64,000 nucleotides of DNA, taken from NCBI RefSeq assembly GCF_021028975.2, contig NC_059425.1:19778001-19842000 (forward strand). The letters are read 5' to 3'. Numbering within the stretch: position 1 is the stretch's first letter; every line of letters begins with the position of its first letter. The notes beneath the pieces are model-generated. The model was not told where the DNA came from. It ran no database searches and saw only the letters and a list, made by a program, of their open reading frames with translations. Positions 1 to 12,625 of this stretch are shown one piece after another. Made by a program: the position numbers and the translations under genes. This DNA is from Sphaerodactylus townsendi (Eukaryota).

Positions 1-299
1 AACCGCTACGCCACACTCTTTATGATCTGCTCGAGGCTAAGAGTGGGCTGACCTCAATTTTGCTTGGCACACTGTATGAAGCAGCCTACAGTCCTACTGT
101 ATGCAAACCAAGGCTACCTCCTGGCGATCCCCCCAAAAAACCTATATATATCTCTCCTTAATTCATTTATAACTCCTTTTCTTCACTGAATCTTGCTGAA
201 ACAGCTGGTTTGGGTCATGCTATCCTGAGCAGGTTCTTGAGCCAGAAGTCATAGGAAGCTCCCTACTGGATCAGACCAAGAACCACAAACCCACCAGAA

Positions 300-1130
300 A
301 GGCGCCCTTGCCTCCCTCCTCCTCCTCGCTCGCTCGCGCTTGGGATCCCCTCGACCCCGCAGCGGTCTCTCACCTGTTGCCGGTCCCCACCTTCCAGAGC
401 GCGCTCTACGACCCGCTTCTGCGTCTCCCGCAGCAGATCCAGCTCCAACAGCCCGGCCAGGCTGGCCTGCAGGCGCTCCCCGATGCGGAGCCGCTCGTTG
501 CCGGACCACAGCGGGGGCGGCACGGCTCGGCGGACCATGACCACGGCGGGGCCCCCGGGCAGAGGGTCCGCGCCCCCCACCGCCCGCCTCTTGGCCAGAG
601 GAGGCTGCATGCGGGGCAGGTGGAGGCGGCGGGCAGAGCTACCGGCAGCGACCCTGGGGGGAGCCAAGGGGGGGGGGGCACCTGGACCGGTTCCGAGCAA
701 TAATCGCGCCCGCCTTGAGCCGGCCCCGGGGAAAAGCTCCGAGCCGCCACTCGGGCGACTTCGCGTCTTGCTGGGCTAAGAAGCAAAGAGCAGCTCAGAC
801 AAAGGGGACGGGTTTGAAAGAGTCACGTGGAGCCAGGTTCGCGCCCCCCCTCCCCAGTTTCCCGTGTTCTGATTGGCTCGAGCTGGATAAAACAAAACAT
901 TCTTAAAGAGCGGAAAAGTTTCCCTGCGGAAAGAGAGACGCCAGATGGCCTCGAGGTGCGGGGGGTCGTTTTCTTTCATCCCCCGTTCTGAACGGGACTT
1001 TACAGAAAAACCCTTAAGGGCGAAAGCAAGGAGTAGAGTTTGCTCCCCGTCGCGGGAGGAAGAGCCAGCCGGGGGTCGTTTGCTGAGGGAACCAGGAGGG
1101 GATGGGTCGGGTTGCCAACGGAGCAGGAGA
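300..1130. promoter_or_regulatory. CpG island / putative bidirectional promoter of the DACT and LC3C-like genes
   Basis: GC- and CpG-rich. E-box GTCACGTG at 822-829; inverted CCAAT (GATTGG) at about 871-876. Genes diverge on either side. Confidence 0.7.
374..610 (-). CDS. DACT4: First coding exon of a Dapper/DACT-family gene, probably DACT4; the gene continues off the left edge
   Basis: MQPPLAKRR...WSGNERLRIGERLQASLAGLLELDLLRETQKRVVERAL resembles the DACT N-terminal leucine-zipper block (DACT1 [29 protein letters not shown]). 79 codons end at a phase-0 donor CAG|GTGAGA at 374/373. Lies in a CpG island. Paralog assignment rests on synteny. Confidence 0.75.
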
Positions 1131-2401
1131 AAAATGCACTGTCCCTTTAAGAGAGGGTTTGCTGCGTGGAAATGGGCAGCTGAAGCTGGTCATGAAGGGG
1201 AGATCAATAATATCACCTGGTGAATCACGACCCTTTCAGCTGTTGTTAAAGGGAAAAGGCTTTTTATTTCTCCAGGCCAGTTGGCAACCCTGCCTTTTCG
1301 ATGGTCTGTGTCTCATTTATACCCGCTTTTCTCCCTAGTGAGGACCCAAGGCAGCTTTTAACCATTCTCCTCTCCATGTTATTCTCACAATAACCCTGTG
1401 AGGTAGGTTAGACAAAGTCAACCAGTGAGTTTTCATGCAGATTCAAACCTGGGATTTCTAGATTCCGGTAGAATATTCTAACCCTTACACCACACTGGCA
1501 CAACTATTAATTGAATACATTTCTGACCCTCCCAGTTCAGAGGTAGTACATGATTGGCCAGAGGAACTCCTTTCAACATAATGTTGCTAGACTTCAGGAG
1601 TATCTATCTGGTGTTCTAACAATCGGTGGGTCGGACACTTCCTTCAGGTACACTGCCTCAGACTATGGAAGCTCCTATGCTTTGTGGTTCAGAAGACAAT
1701 CTCCGTCCCCTGTAGCACCACCTCTTCCTTCTTCATATTAGCATGTATTGAACGCTTTTGATCATCACAAGCGTAATCCTTACAACACCCCAGTACGGTA
1801 GGTCAGCATTAGTACTCCCATATTATAGATGGAGCACCTGCGATTGATAGCCAATAGCTTGTACAGTCACCTAATTAATAAACAGTAGAGACAATTCAAA
1901 CCAGAGAACTTCCCGATTTGCAGATCTGTCTCCTAGTTAGTATACCGAACAGGAACTCAGAGATACACTAGCTCAGGGAGATTCTGTTTATCAAGAAGAT
2001 CAATGGACTTTGAGAGACCTTTCCTCTGTGCGTTTGTCTTCTCTTCCCAGACCATTTAACTCAACACCCATCATTACATATTGTGGCAATGAGTTCCAAC
2101 AGTTCATAGTGCAATGGTGAGGAAAGGCTTCCTTATACCAGGTGCTGATCTAGGGCCAATCAGTTGCATTGCAGACTATAAAAGCAACCTGATGGCCAAC
2201 CCTTCAGGCCCATTCTGCTTCCATCCACCTGAAACACATCTTCAGGGTTTAGATTTTGAAATTGCTGCCTCTCCTGTCCTCACCTGCAAATTTAAGCGGT
2301 AGTAAATTTGTTGGTAAAGGTGAATTTAGGGTTCTTCCTTTTCCTTCCAGCTCTCCCCCCTCCCAAAGGAGGTTTCTTTTGTCTCCCCTTTTCTAAGTAA
2401 G

Positions 2402-5400
2402 ATGGATCCGCTCCCTTCATTCAAACACAGAAAATCCTTTGGTAAGGTGTCCTAGCCAATGTAAATGTTCCTTATTTTGCAGTGTGACTTTTTTCCCCAG
2501 CTGGGAGCGCTCCCTGCTGGTTAGAGAGGTTGCAGTGAACTGTGGGGTGGGGGCTGTGATATATTTTCTGTGGCCTTTTTTGCTGGCTGAGAGAAAACTA
2601 ATTTGAAGGTGGGAGGGTGTTTTCCCTATTGTTGCTGAAGATTTATTTTTTCTGTTCTAGCTGCTAGGAAAAGTGAAGTAGCTTCTATTCGGATCAAGTT
2701 TACCAACAAGCTACCGGTATGTGGGGTTGGGTCTACTCTTATTTGTTGCAATGGGTAATGTCTACTTGGGGGAGGGTGATGAAAATCTGCTCTGTTAAGC
2801 CTGGTGGTAGGAGACTGCTATAAAAGATGATTAAATGGAATTTTTCACTCAAGTTGCATTGGACAGTTCATAGGAGACTGTTCCTAAGGTGCATTGAAAT
2901 CCCTAACCAGTTCACTAATTTTCTGTATTGGTGAATTGTTGTTATTAATACATCTAACTTTCAATGTGGATGAAGCAGTGGATGCTTAAATCCACAGAGT
3001 GGAGCCATGAACAAACAAGTCAGTTTTTCCCCCTAGAACAGTGAAGGCGAACCTTTTTGAGACCGAGTGCCCAAATTACAACCCAAAACCCACTTATTTA
3101 TTGCAAAGTGCCAACACGACAATCTAACCTGAATACTGAGGTTTTAGTTAAGAAAAAACAGTTGGCTCCGAGGTGTGCGTTACTTGGGAGTAAGCTTGGT
3201 GATAGTCGGCTTTGAAGCAACCGTGCAACTCTTCCCACGGGTGAATCACGACCCTAGGAGGGTTTGCTCAAAAGCAAGTCCCATTGCCAGCAACTGAGCT
3301 TACTCCCAGGTAAAGGATCGCACTTTAGTTCTTCGCATGAAAATCAGTGGGGTTTAACAGCACTTAACAGGGTTACCTACACTGCTTCCCCAAAACTAGG
3401 TCTTAGGTTTAATGCTAATAATCGAGGCCAGCCTAGATGTGGGCGGGGGGGCAACTCTGTTTGTGCGTGCCCACAGAGAGGGCTCTGAGTGCCACCTCTG
3501 GCACCCGTGCCATAGGTTCGCCACCACTGCCCTAGAATTACTCTGTACTCTGAAAACCTCAGGAAGGAATGGGCTCACAAAACCCCAATCTTCCAGGTTA
3601 GTCCCTGGGAGGTTAGAAACCCTGCAGACAGCCCAAGTGTCTGTTTGATGCTGCTATCCCTTTTCACTCCCTGGGGTGCCAAAAACAAACTGGGTACTCC
3701 TTGCTGCCACCACTGAGTCTGAAAATATCACCTGCTAAAAAGAGTTGTATGCCTTTCACTCCATATCTGCATTGCCAACTAGAGGCTCTGCCTGGTTGCT
3801 GCACCTGCCAGCTTTGCTCTTACAAGCTTTTGCAACTTTGAAATTTGAAGGGAGTGTGCTCCTGAGACGGCAACTTTACACATTGCGCCCCCCCCCCCCC
3901 CCCCATTACTGCACTTTTCACAGCAAGACCAAATAGGTGAGATGTAGTCCCAGGAATTAGGTTTCGAGCATTCAAAGCATAAGCAAGTTAATAAACAAAT
4001 TCGTGTTGTACACCGCCCAGAGCCCCTAGGGGATGGGGCGGTCTAAAAATCTGAAAAATAAATAAATAAGTAAATAACAGTAATATCTGTGGTTGGTCCA
4101 AGTATTTGGGAGTCAGAAGGAAAGGCAGGCAGAAAATCTACCCTTGTGACTTCATCCTACCTGGGGATTATTTTTTATCTTTTTGCTTCAGGAAGAAGGA
4201 AATGTATTGTAGCAATTATGCTGTTCCCCTCTCTATCCTTTTGGTTGTCATCTTCCAGTAGGGTGTGGGGCGGACACCCATTGTCCTGTTTTTGCCAGAT
4301 CCATTAGCATAACCAAGAGTTGGAGTGCTCTATGCTTCGGGCTGGATGGTTCCTTGCCCCCACCCCAGTGTGGTGTAGTGGTTAAAAATAGGTGGACTCT
4401 AGTCTGGAGAATTGCGTTTGATTCTCCACTCCTCCATATGAGGAGCGGACTCTAATCTAGTGAACCAGGATTGTTTCCTTGCTCCTACAAATGCTGCTGG
4501 CTGAGTGACCTTGGGCTAGTCCCAGTTCTCTCAGAACTCTCTTGGCCACACCTATCTCACAGGGTGTCTGTTGTGAGGAGAGGATGGGAAGAAGTTTTTA
4601 AGCCATTTTGAGATTCCTTACAACTGATAAAAGTCAGGTATAAACCCAAACTCCTTCTCTTCCTTTCTGCTGCATGTGCAATGCAGATGGGTTCCTGAGT
4701 GCACAAAGTGCAGTCACAATGACTGAAATATTGGGATGGATTCTTGGGTAGGGGTCATTTCTCTCCACTCCTTAAGGAAACACACTTCTGTTGACCTTCA
4801 GAGCACAGGGGGTGGCATGCTTTGTATCTTAAGTTTTCCAGATGCTTCCAGGAGACCTTTAATGGAATCTATTCCCTTCAGTCCTCATTTCTGCATTCCT
4901 TTTTGTTCACCATCAAATTGGGATTGATTTGGGATGTTTTATCTGATAAATGAGATATCTGTATGTGTGGATGGGTGCTGTAAAACCCATCCAGAATCTT
5001 GACAGTTGTACCTGGACACTCTGAAACCAATTGTTTGTGCCTGCTGCGGCTTCCTAAAACCCAGTTTTCAGCAACTGGTACAACCACTGGGCCAAGCAAA
5101 TATGGAAAGATACCCTGTTTCCCCTAATATAAGACATCCCCGAAAAATAAGACATAGTAGAGGTTTTGCTGAAATGCGAAATATAAGGCATCCCCCGAAA
5201 GTAAGACATAGCAAAGTTTTTGTTTGGAAGCATGCCCGACGAAAGGAACACAGGAAAAATAAGACATCCCCTGAAAATAAGACATAGCACATCTTTGGGA
5301 GCAAAAATTAATATAAGACACTATCTTATATTCATATTGGGAGGGAGTGGTATTGACTTTACCAACAATTGATCTATGAATCATGGTGGGGGCAAACAGA

Positions 5401-6846
5401 AGACTCTGTCCATTCCCTGTTTGTCTAGAGACAAGTGGTTCCTCCTGCTGGAGCCAAAACATGGAGTGAGCTGGACAGCTGGATTTATCAAACAAACTGA
5501 CTGCCTCCGTGATCCTTCCTACTTTATAGGTGATCCTAGAGCGCTATCCCAAGGAGAAAATATTGCCAGTCTTGAACAAGATCAAATTTCTTGTTCCAGA
5601 AGACTTCACTATGGGCCAGTTTGTTTCTATTATACGGTAAGATTGGTTTATCCATGGCATGAATCCCAGTTGGCAGGAGTGGTGCTTTTAGGTGATCCAA
5701 GTTATCACCAGTCTTATCTACTCACTTAGCTCACCTAAGTACAAGGTAAGCCACAAACTTAAGCCTCTTGTATTGGTGAGAAGTCCTCTTGATTCACTTT
5801 TCAATTGCTGTGGGCTTTGGTGAATCCATGGCAGCTACCTCAAGATCTCTACTTCCTGGTGGCGTACATTATTGTGATTTGAGTCGGACACGGGAAGCTG
5901 GCCCATGCACAAAATACGTCACAGATGACTTATGGCAACTCCACAGGGTTTTCAAGGCAACAGATGTCCAGAAATGGTTTGCCATTGCCCGCCTCTGAGT
6001 TGCAACCTTGATATTCCTTCGTGGTCTCCCATCCAAATATTGACCATGGCCAATCCAGCTTAGCTTTCTAGATCTGATGCGGTTGGGGTAGCCTGAGCTA
6101 TCCAGGTCAGGGCATCTCAGGTCCAACTCAAATCTCTCCTCTGTTCTTCTCCTGTCGGGGTGGTCTTGGCCAAACTCCTCTTTCCCTAAACTGCAGTTTA
6201 TTCATCCTATCAATGAACAAAATGGCAGCCTGCTCGGTGAGATGGTATGAAGCATAACTTATATAGTGCTTATATTTATGTCCATTATCACCAAGTGTTT
6301 CTGCACTTTGCTTTTGGAAGACTGCATTCACTTGAGCATGTTCTTGGTGCTGCTATTTTATCCTGAAGAAATAAGGTGTCCAGATGGCTCCAACAGGTTA
6401 TACAACCAAGGGTTAAGTATCTGGAAGGCTGCAAGTATTTCCACGTGGTATGTAGGGCCTGGTTTAAGCTGCAGATATATTAATGGGATTTAAAAGACTC
6501 TGGTTTGGTGGAGAGGAAGAATCTTGTCATGCGTAGAATGGGGTAAGAGAACTGGTATGATTACAAGCCTTCTTAAAAATACTTTGTTGCCTGCTTTTCT
6601 CACTGAGACCCCAGGAATATTACAGAATAAAAACAACATACTCTCATTGCATAAAACATGATATTTCTTGCTCTTTTCCCCAGAAACAGAATGTCCATCA
6701 GCTCTACCCAAGCCTTCTACTTCCTGGCTGATAATAACCGCAGTATGGTTAACATGTCATCCCCCATGTCTGAAGTGTATTCAACTTACAAAGATGAAGA
6801 TGGCTTCCTGTACATGACCTACGCTTCACAGGAAATGTTTGGCTGA
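2402..6846 (+). CDS. MAP1LC3CL: MAP1LC3C-like ATG8 protein, 4 coding exons, 121 aa
   Basis: Exons 2402-2441, 2661-2716, 5530-5636 and 6684-6846 (40+56+107+163=366 nt), all GT-AG and phase-consistent. Protein MDPLPSFKHRKSFAARKSEVASIRIKFTNKLPVILERYPKEKILPVLNKIKFLVPEDFTMGQFVSIIRNRMSISSTQAFYFLADNNRSMVNMSSPMSEVYSTYKDEDGFLYMTYASQEMFG*, closest in pattern to LC3C. The 56- and 107-nt internal exons are typical of LC3 genes. The symbol is tentative. Confidence 0.92.
3039..3529. mobile_element. Non-autonomous hAT element
   Basis: TIRs CAGTGaaGGCGAACCT / AGGTTCGCCAcCACTG; perfect 8-bp TSD CCCTAGAA; same family as 32905-33385. Confidence 0.85.
4366..4660 (+). mobile_element. Squam3-like (MIR/Ther1-derived) tRNA SINE
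   Basis: tRNA-like head GTGGTGTAGTGGTTAA, CORE-like GTGACCTTGGGCTAGTC, 3' tail TATAAACCCAAACTCCTTCT; many copies in the window. Confidence 0.75.
5111..5332. mobile_element. Tc1/mariner-pogo (Tigger-like) MITE, truncated
   Basis: TA-CCCTGTTTCCCC end and internal AAAATAAGACA repeats; near-identical to 27370-27601. Confidence 0.7.
5905..6115 (-). mobile_element. 5S-Sauria-like SINE
   Basis: Reverse complement has the 5S-like segment AAAGCTAAGCTGG...TTGGATGGGAGACCAC followed by an RTE/Sauria-type GGCAATGGCAAACCA tail. Confidence 0.6.
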
Positions 6847-9180
6847 CAGCCCAAGATGTGCCAAGGATATGATTTGGTTAAAATTGGTTTGTGTCTCTCT
6901 GACCACACCACTCACCTTCTGTTATAAACCGGATTGCATTCTTCTCAAAATGGCTATGTGGATCTACTGCTCTTCTGCTGCGTTGCATGTAAACCCCTGG
7001 AGATCTTTCTGAAGGAGACCTGTCTCAACAATAGACAAGTAGATGTGTTGGGTGATGGGTTTAGGGAGGGGGATGCCACATTCTGGAAGGATCACAGAGG
7101 TTCCATTCAAAACTCTTTCTAGGCTCTCTGAAGTCTTCCTGGGCTGATCTGCATTCTGATACATCAAAGGATTACTTGGACACGGTTGATAAGGGGCTGT
7201 AGTTATGACCCTCTCAAGCATCATGGGTTGAGCTGGCTTTAGACGATGGCTTTTCATTGACTCAACCAAGAACGGATTCTAGGGAAGGCTTGTTTTGGGT
7301 GTTGGTTCTCACTAATTTAATAACCCTTCTAACAGTATGCTAAAATATTGATGCACTTTTAAAGAGCCTGCCTCCTCCCTTGGGTAGGTGGTGGCTTCTT
7401 GCAAGCTGCCGCGATTCTCATCGGTGGGTACTTTCTTTTAAAAGATGCAAATCCTACATGAAAGTGTGGAGGAGGGGATGCTTCACTGCAGACTGAGAAC
7501 CAGAGTTTAGAGAGCATTCTCACGCTGAAGAGGGAACGAATGGATTGGTTTAATTCGCAACAGTACTGTACATGTATGTTTTCTATAGTGCTGGAAAGAC
7601 TTGTTTTTGTCAGCCACTTTTTAAGGGAGAAACAATTGTTAACATGGGCAATTTCGAGTAGAAAATGCACATTTTTAAAGCTAGTCTTTGCACTGTGAAA
7701 TCTCTTTTCCTAATCTCACTTTTATGGATATGGTTCTCTTTTTGAAACATGTCTTAAACAGTATTGCTGACTGCTATGTATGTTTTTTAGGGTCTAAGCT
7801 TGCGGGAGCATAGTGGGCCTGAAAGCCAGTGCCTTGTCAAGACCTTAAAACAAGCTTTACAGAACATCAGTTGCTGGTTTACAGCAGAGCTCTTTGGGAG
7901 ATTTTTGACTCCTACACGGGCCTATATAGTAAACTTTGCAGTTCTACAGTTCTGGTCCAAAGTCTTTTGGCTAATCCCAACACTATTTACTGGGCTTTTA
8001 AGATTTGCATTGCTTTTTTTGTGGGGTTGGTTTTAATGTACTTGGAATTATCTAGCTTACTACAGCACACTTGGACTAGTGGAGATCAGAAGTTGATAAG
8101 GCGAAGTACCTGAGTCACGTGCTGCATGGCCAGAAACGGGAAGTTTAAACAGCTGCTCTTCCTTCTGGACCAACCTGTAATTGAAACCTAGGTTGAGCAG
8201 TCTGCCACAAATAGAGATGTCTCTCCTGCTAGTGGGGTTAGTCTGGAAGGAAAGCCCTTCTGGCTCACACGGGACGAGAACTGCCCCCATTTTGATGACC
8301 TAATACAGTGAATGAAGGAGCATTCTTGCAGTCAAATGTGGTGATGGGAGTTCCCTGTTCACAAGTGTTTTTCTTTGCAATTAATCATTTGGCAATTTGG
8401 ATTAAGACCATGGTATCTGGAAGGTGGCATTAACCATTTCACCTAGTCTGTTTTTGGGCCTTGCTATGTGCTCTGAGGTAATGGTAAGGCATGCTGTATG
8501 TTGCCTTATTTGCTTCAGCTGAGCAAATAGTGGCTCTGTGGGGCTGATTTAGTTGAGGGGGAAAGCAAGATAGTGTGGGAGGGGTGTAAGAGTTTAAAGA
8601 TGCTTTCAACGAAGCAGGAAGAGTTTAGAGGGTTTAAACCAAAACTCTCTATATCTTGCTTTGGCCCCTCAGCACAACAAGCATCTTTTAAGCGAAACAT
8701 CTTTTAAGGGAAGATGATTGCGGAGTTGTTCACTCTTGAGAGAAAGTTAAAAGTTTCAGTTGCAGTTTACATCTTAGGAATGCTGGAGAGACAGTTTGGC
8801 TGCATTTGGGCTTCATCAGGCTGAAATGCATTATGGGTACTAAGCAACTTATTCTTGTCAGATAAAGAGCTGCTTGTGCAAACTTATTGGCTCACATTTT
8901 CTTTTCTTTGGAGTGGGAAGAGGGAAGTGATAAGCAGGGAGGAGGCTTATTCCAAGTAAGAGGAGAAAGCAGTCTTGAGGGCCATGAAGGGCAAAGGGTG
9001 TACAATAAGGGACAATCCACAGGGATATTTTTCTGGAACAGCCCTAAAAAAAAGGCTAGCTTCACCAATGTCTTTTTTGATTCTTGTTTCTCTGAGGCTG
9101 ATGCAGGTGTATGTCCCTCTCAATAGTGCCCATTGTGTAGTTGGCAGTATCTTAACTGACTTGGACCATCCTCCTCACTC

Positions 9181-9829
9181 CCCCATCTTAAGTCAAATTA
9201 ATGCCAGACAACCACTGCAAGGGGGTGAATTTGATAAAATACTTTCAGACTGTTTGGCTTCTAAAAACTTCTGAAAACTGTAACACTGGGTTAGTCATCC
9301 CGTGGTTCACGAAAAGCCTCATGTGCAATCCCACCAATCCAAAAGAGCCATGTGGCTATTGAGAGCCAAAGTGGTGTAGTGCAGGTGGATTCTAATCTGG
9401 AGAACCGGTTTTGATTCCCCACTCCTCCACCTGAGTGGCAGAGGCTTATCTGGTGAACCAGATGTGTTTCTACACGCCTACATTCCTGCTGGGTGACCTT
9501 GGGCTAGTCACAGTTCTCTCAGAACTCTCTCAGCCCCTTACCTCACAAGGTGTCTGTTGTGGGGAGAGGAAGGGAAAGGAGCTGTAGGTCACCTTACAGG
9601 AGAGAAAGGTGGAGTATAAATCCAAAATCCTTCTTCCTTCTCCCTGCCCCCACCCCCCCATCTTGAAATCAAATTAATGCCAGACAGCCACTACATGGTG
9701 GTGAATGTGATGAAATGCTTTCAGACTGTTTGGCTTCTTAAAAACATCAGAAAGCTGTAACACTGGGGTAGTCATCCCGTGGTTCACGGAAAGACTCGTC
9801 TACAGTCCCCATCAATCAAAAGAGCCATG
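9181..9829 (+). repeat. About 175-bp direct repeats (9181-9352 and 9656-9829) flanking a Squam3-like SINE (9363-9640)
   Basis: CCCCATCTT...GTCATCCCGTGGTTCACG...AAAAGAGCCATGT occurs twice. Confidence 0.85.
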
Positions 9830-10408
9830 TTACCATTACATCCCCTGTGCATCACTCCCCACTCAAACACACACAATATTGGAATATGACATATGTATAA
9901 TGTAACCTTCTTATGAACCAGAGTACCTTTGAGTGTGTAGGATTTCTCTCCTCATCCCTGTTGAACATGAGCCAGCCTTTGTGTTTCTGGTGTGCAGGAA
10001 ACAGCTCACGAGTCAGTCTTGTGACACAAAACAATATACAACCTTCCAGGTCTTCACAATTCTATATCATGCTGGATACTAAAATAATAACATGCTTCCC
10101 CATATTAAACATTCCCTTCAGTTGAACTCTGGTAAGGCAAAAGACAGGGTGGTTAAATCCTCTTCATGCTAAGTTTTCCACTTCACATGAAGTTTTATGT
10201 GCTAGCATTTGACAGCAGTATTCCACCGTGAAGCTGCTGATATTGATCCAGCCTCTGCTGTAGAACCCTACTTCTCCACAACCTTGATAGAATCACGGAC
10301 AAGTGCTTTAGAAATAAAACTCAGTTTATCTTGCACCCCTATTAATGACGAAGCAGTCCCAATTTCTCCTACCTTTCTCTTCATCATCAAGATAGGACTT
10401 GATGATAG

Positions 10409-10693
10409 GAGCAGCAGTGGCGTAGTGGCGAAGAGCAGTGGCGAAGAGCAGGTGCACTCTGATCTGGAGGAATCGGGTTTGATTCCTCGCTCTGCCGCCT
10501 GAGCTGTGGAGGCTTATCTGGGGAATTCAGATTAGCCTGTACACTCCCACACACGCCAGCTGGGTGACCTTGGGCTCTCTTAGCCCCATCCACCTCACAG
10601 GGTGTTTGTTGTGAGGGGGGAAGGGCAAGGAGATTGTAAGCCCCTTTGAGTCTCCTACAGGAGAGAAAGGGGGGATATAAATCCAAACTCTAC
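10409..10693 (+). mobile_element. Squam3-like SINE
   Basis: Same head, CORE and tail as the other copies. Confidence 0.75.
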
Positions 10694-11627
10694 TCTACTA
10701 GATGGTTTGAGAAGCCACTAAATTTAAAGCCTCTCAACCCAGGGACTGTAGCTCAGTCAGTTCTCTGGAACCCCCTTGAGAAATTGGTCTGTGCGCTGAG
10801 GAGAGAGCAAAGGTGCCGAGATGGGAATGACGGGTACTCAGTTTTCTTGTTGCAGAACCAGGACTGCTGACTGGTTCAGAGCAGGGGGAAAGATGTGGGT
10901 CTTTCCCTTGCCGTCTCTGTGGCGTGAGCCCCACAGCTCCTATGGGAGAGCTGAGAGTACTCTCTCATGCCAGGGAGAGCAAGAAGGCAGCAAGAGAAGG
11001 ATATGTAAAAGTCCCAAGTCTGCTCTGGGCCACCTAAGCAATACTGTGAACCTCCTTTGGCAACAGAACAAGTTCTAATGTGGGAGGTCTGTGTGCCCTC
11101 TGCATAGGGTACAGCTCAGGTGAGACGGTAGGGAGTCAGGAAAAGAGCAGTCTGGCTATGAAAAAAGGGGTGAAACACGTATACACACAATATGGCCGGG
11201 TCGCTGGTTTCCTGGTGACGTCTACAGTGGTTTTATTTTTCTCTATGCTCCACTTGTCCTTCTCCTTGCACGTGCTCAGGTGGTAATGCAAAAGCTGCAG
11301 AGAAGGATGGTCCCTTTAGTTCCATCCCTGCCACAAGGCCTACATTTCAGGCCTACACCTGCCAGCCACAAGCCCTAAAGGGCTGTAGCCCACCCCACTA
11401 TCCTGACACATGGGACAGGTGCTATATTGGGGACCTAGAAGAGCCCCATGTAGTTTTCCAGCTGTAAGGGAAGTGGAGTTTGCAATCTTGTTTTGAATTA
11501 AGGTATCCCTGTTTGCCTATTTCCCTTTCACTCATGCGGCAGAAAGGCTGGGACTGAAGAGAACTACATAGGCATGCTCAGTGTGCAAGTACACCTCTAA
11601 GATGTCTTAAATTGCAAGGCTTTGGAC

Positions 11628-12018
11628 CAGTGGTGGGATCCAAAAATTTTAGTAACAGGTTTCCATGGTGGTGGGATTCAAACTGTAGCGTAGCACCAAT
11701 GGGGCTGGGCGGGGCACGACAGGGGTGTGGCCGGGCATTCCTGGGAGGGGCATTCCTGGGCGGGGCTGTGGCAAGGACTCCGCTGCTGCACCAGTCCTTG
11801 GGCAGGAAATGAATGCACGCAGGCGCAGGCTGCCATACACGCCGGTGCACCTCCTTCTAGACTGCTTCAAGTTCTGCGCGCTACTGCTGAGAGGAGGGGC
11901 GTAACTAAGGCAAAAATCACGTGGCAAAATCACCAATTAGTAACCCCCTCTCGGCACACACAAATAATTAGTAACCTACTCTTGGGAACCTGTGAGAACC
12001 TGCTGGATCCCACCTCTG
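11628..12018. mobile_element. Non-autonomous hAT element, about 390-bp family
   Basis: CAGTGGTGGGATCCA...TGGATCCCACCTCTG; 8-bp TSD CTTTGGAC; further copies at 21309-21700 and 29005-29396. Confidence 0.88.
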
Positions 12019-12094
12019 CTTTGGACCAAGGAACATGATTAGGAGCCTATACTTTCCAGATTCTTTGCCGGGGGAGGGGCGGGGTAGGCTCTAA

Positions 12095-12625
12095 GGCTGT
12101 TTTTTCATAGCTAAATTGTACCATTGCTAGCACAGGGAATATCCCAGTGCAGCCTGGAATTCTTCAGGGTCCTCAAAGCTGCACTGGGTCTGCCCCTCTG
12201 TTGCGCTGCCCTTTCCCCCTGGCTTTCGAAAACTGCCAAATTGGAGGTTCTTTTGAAATGCCCCTGTGCTTCCGTTGACGTCAAAACACTATAGCAGCAG
12301 AAACAAGGCAACTTTTCCTGCCTCGCTGCTCTGCCCGCCCCACCGATCAACAGGCGCTGGGTGTTTGACAGAATTGGCGCCCTCCACCCATTTAAAATCC
12401 ATGTGTGTTTGTAAGAATCTCTTCCCTCCCATTCGGGGCACTTTCAAACCCACCCATCCCTGTTTAAAATCCATGTGAGTTTGAGAGAATTGCTTCTCTC
12501 CCGTTCGGGGCACTTTCAACCTCCCGTCTAAAATCAAAACCCACGGTTTCTCCCTCACGCCCACCAAAAACCGGGGAAAAAGCACCTCAGCATGTATGGG
12601 GCATTATGACCACGCCAAAACAGCC
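12095..12625. mobile_element. PIF/Harbinger-like MITE
   Basis: TIR GGCTGTTTT / AAAACAGCC with TAA target duplication. Confidence 0.65.

Noticed and set aside
5111-5332. Regularly spaced AAAATAAGACA repeats resembling a CRISPR-like array (also 27370-27601)
   Set aside because: Internal repeats of a TIR-bounded MITE in vertebrate DNA; both loci share the same spacers
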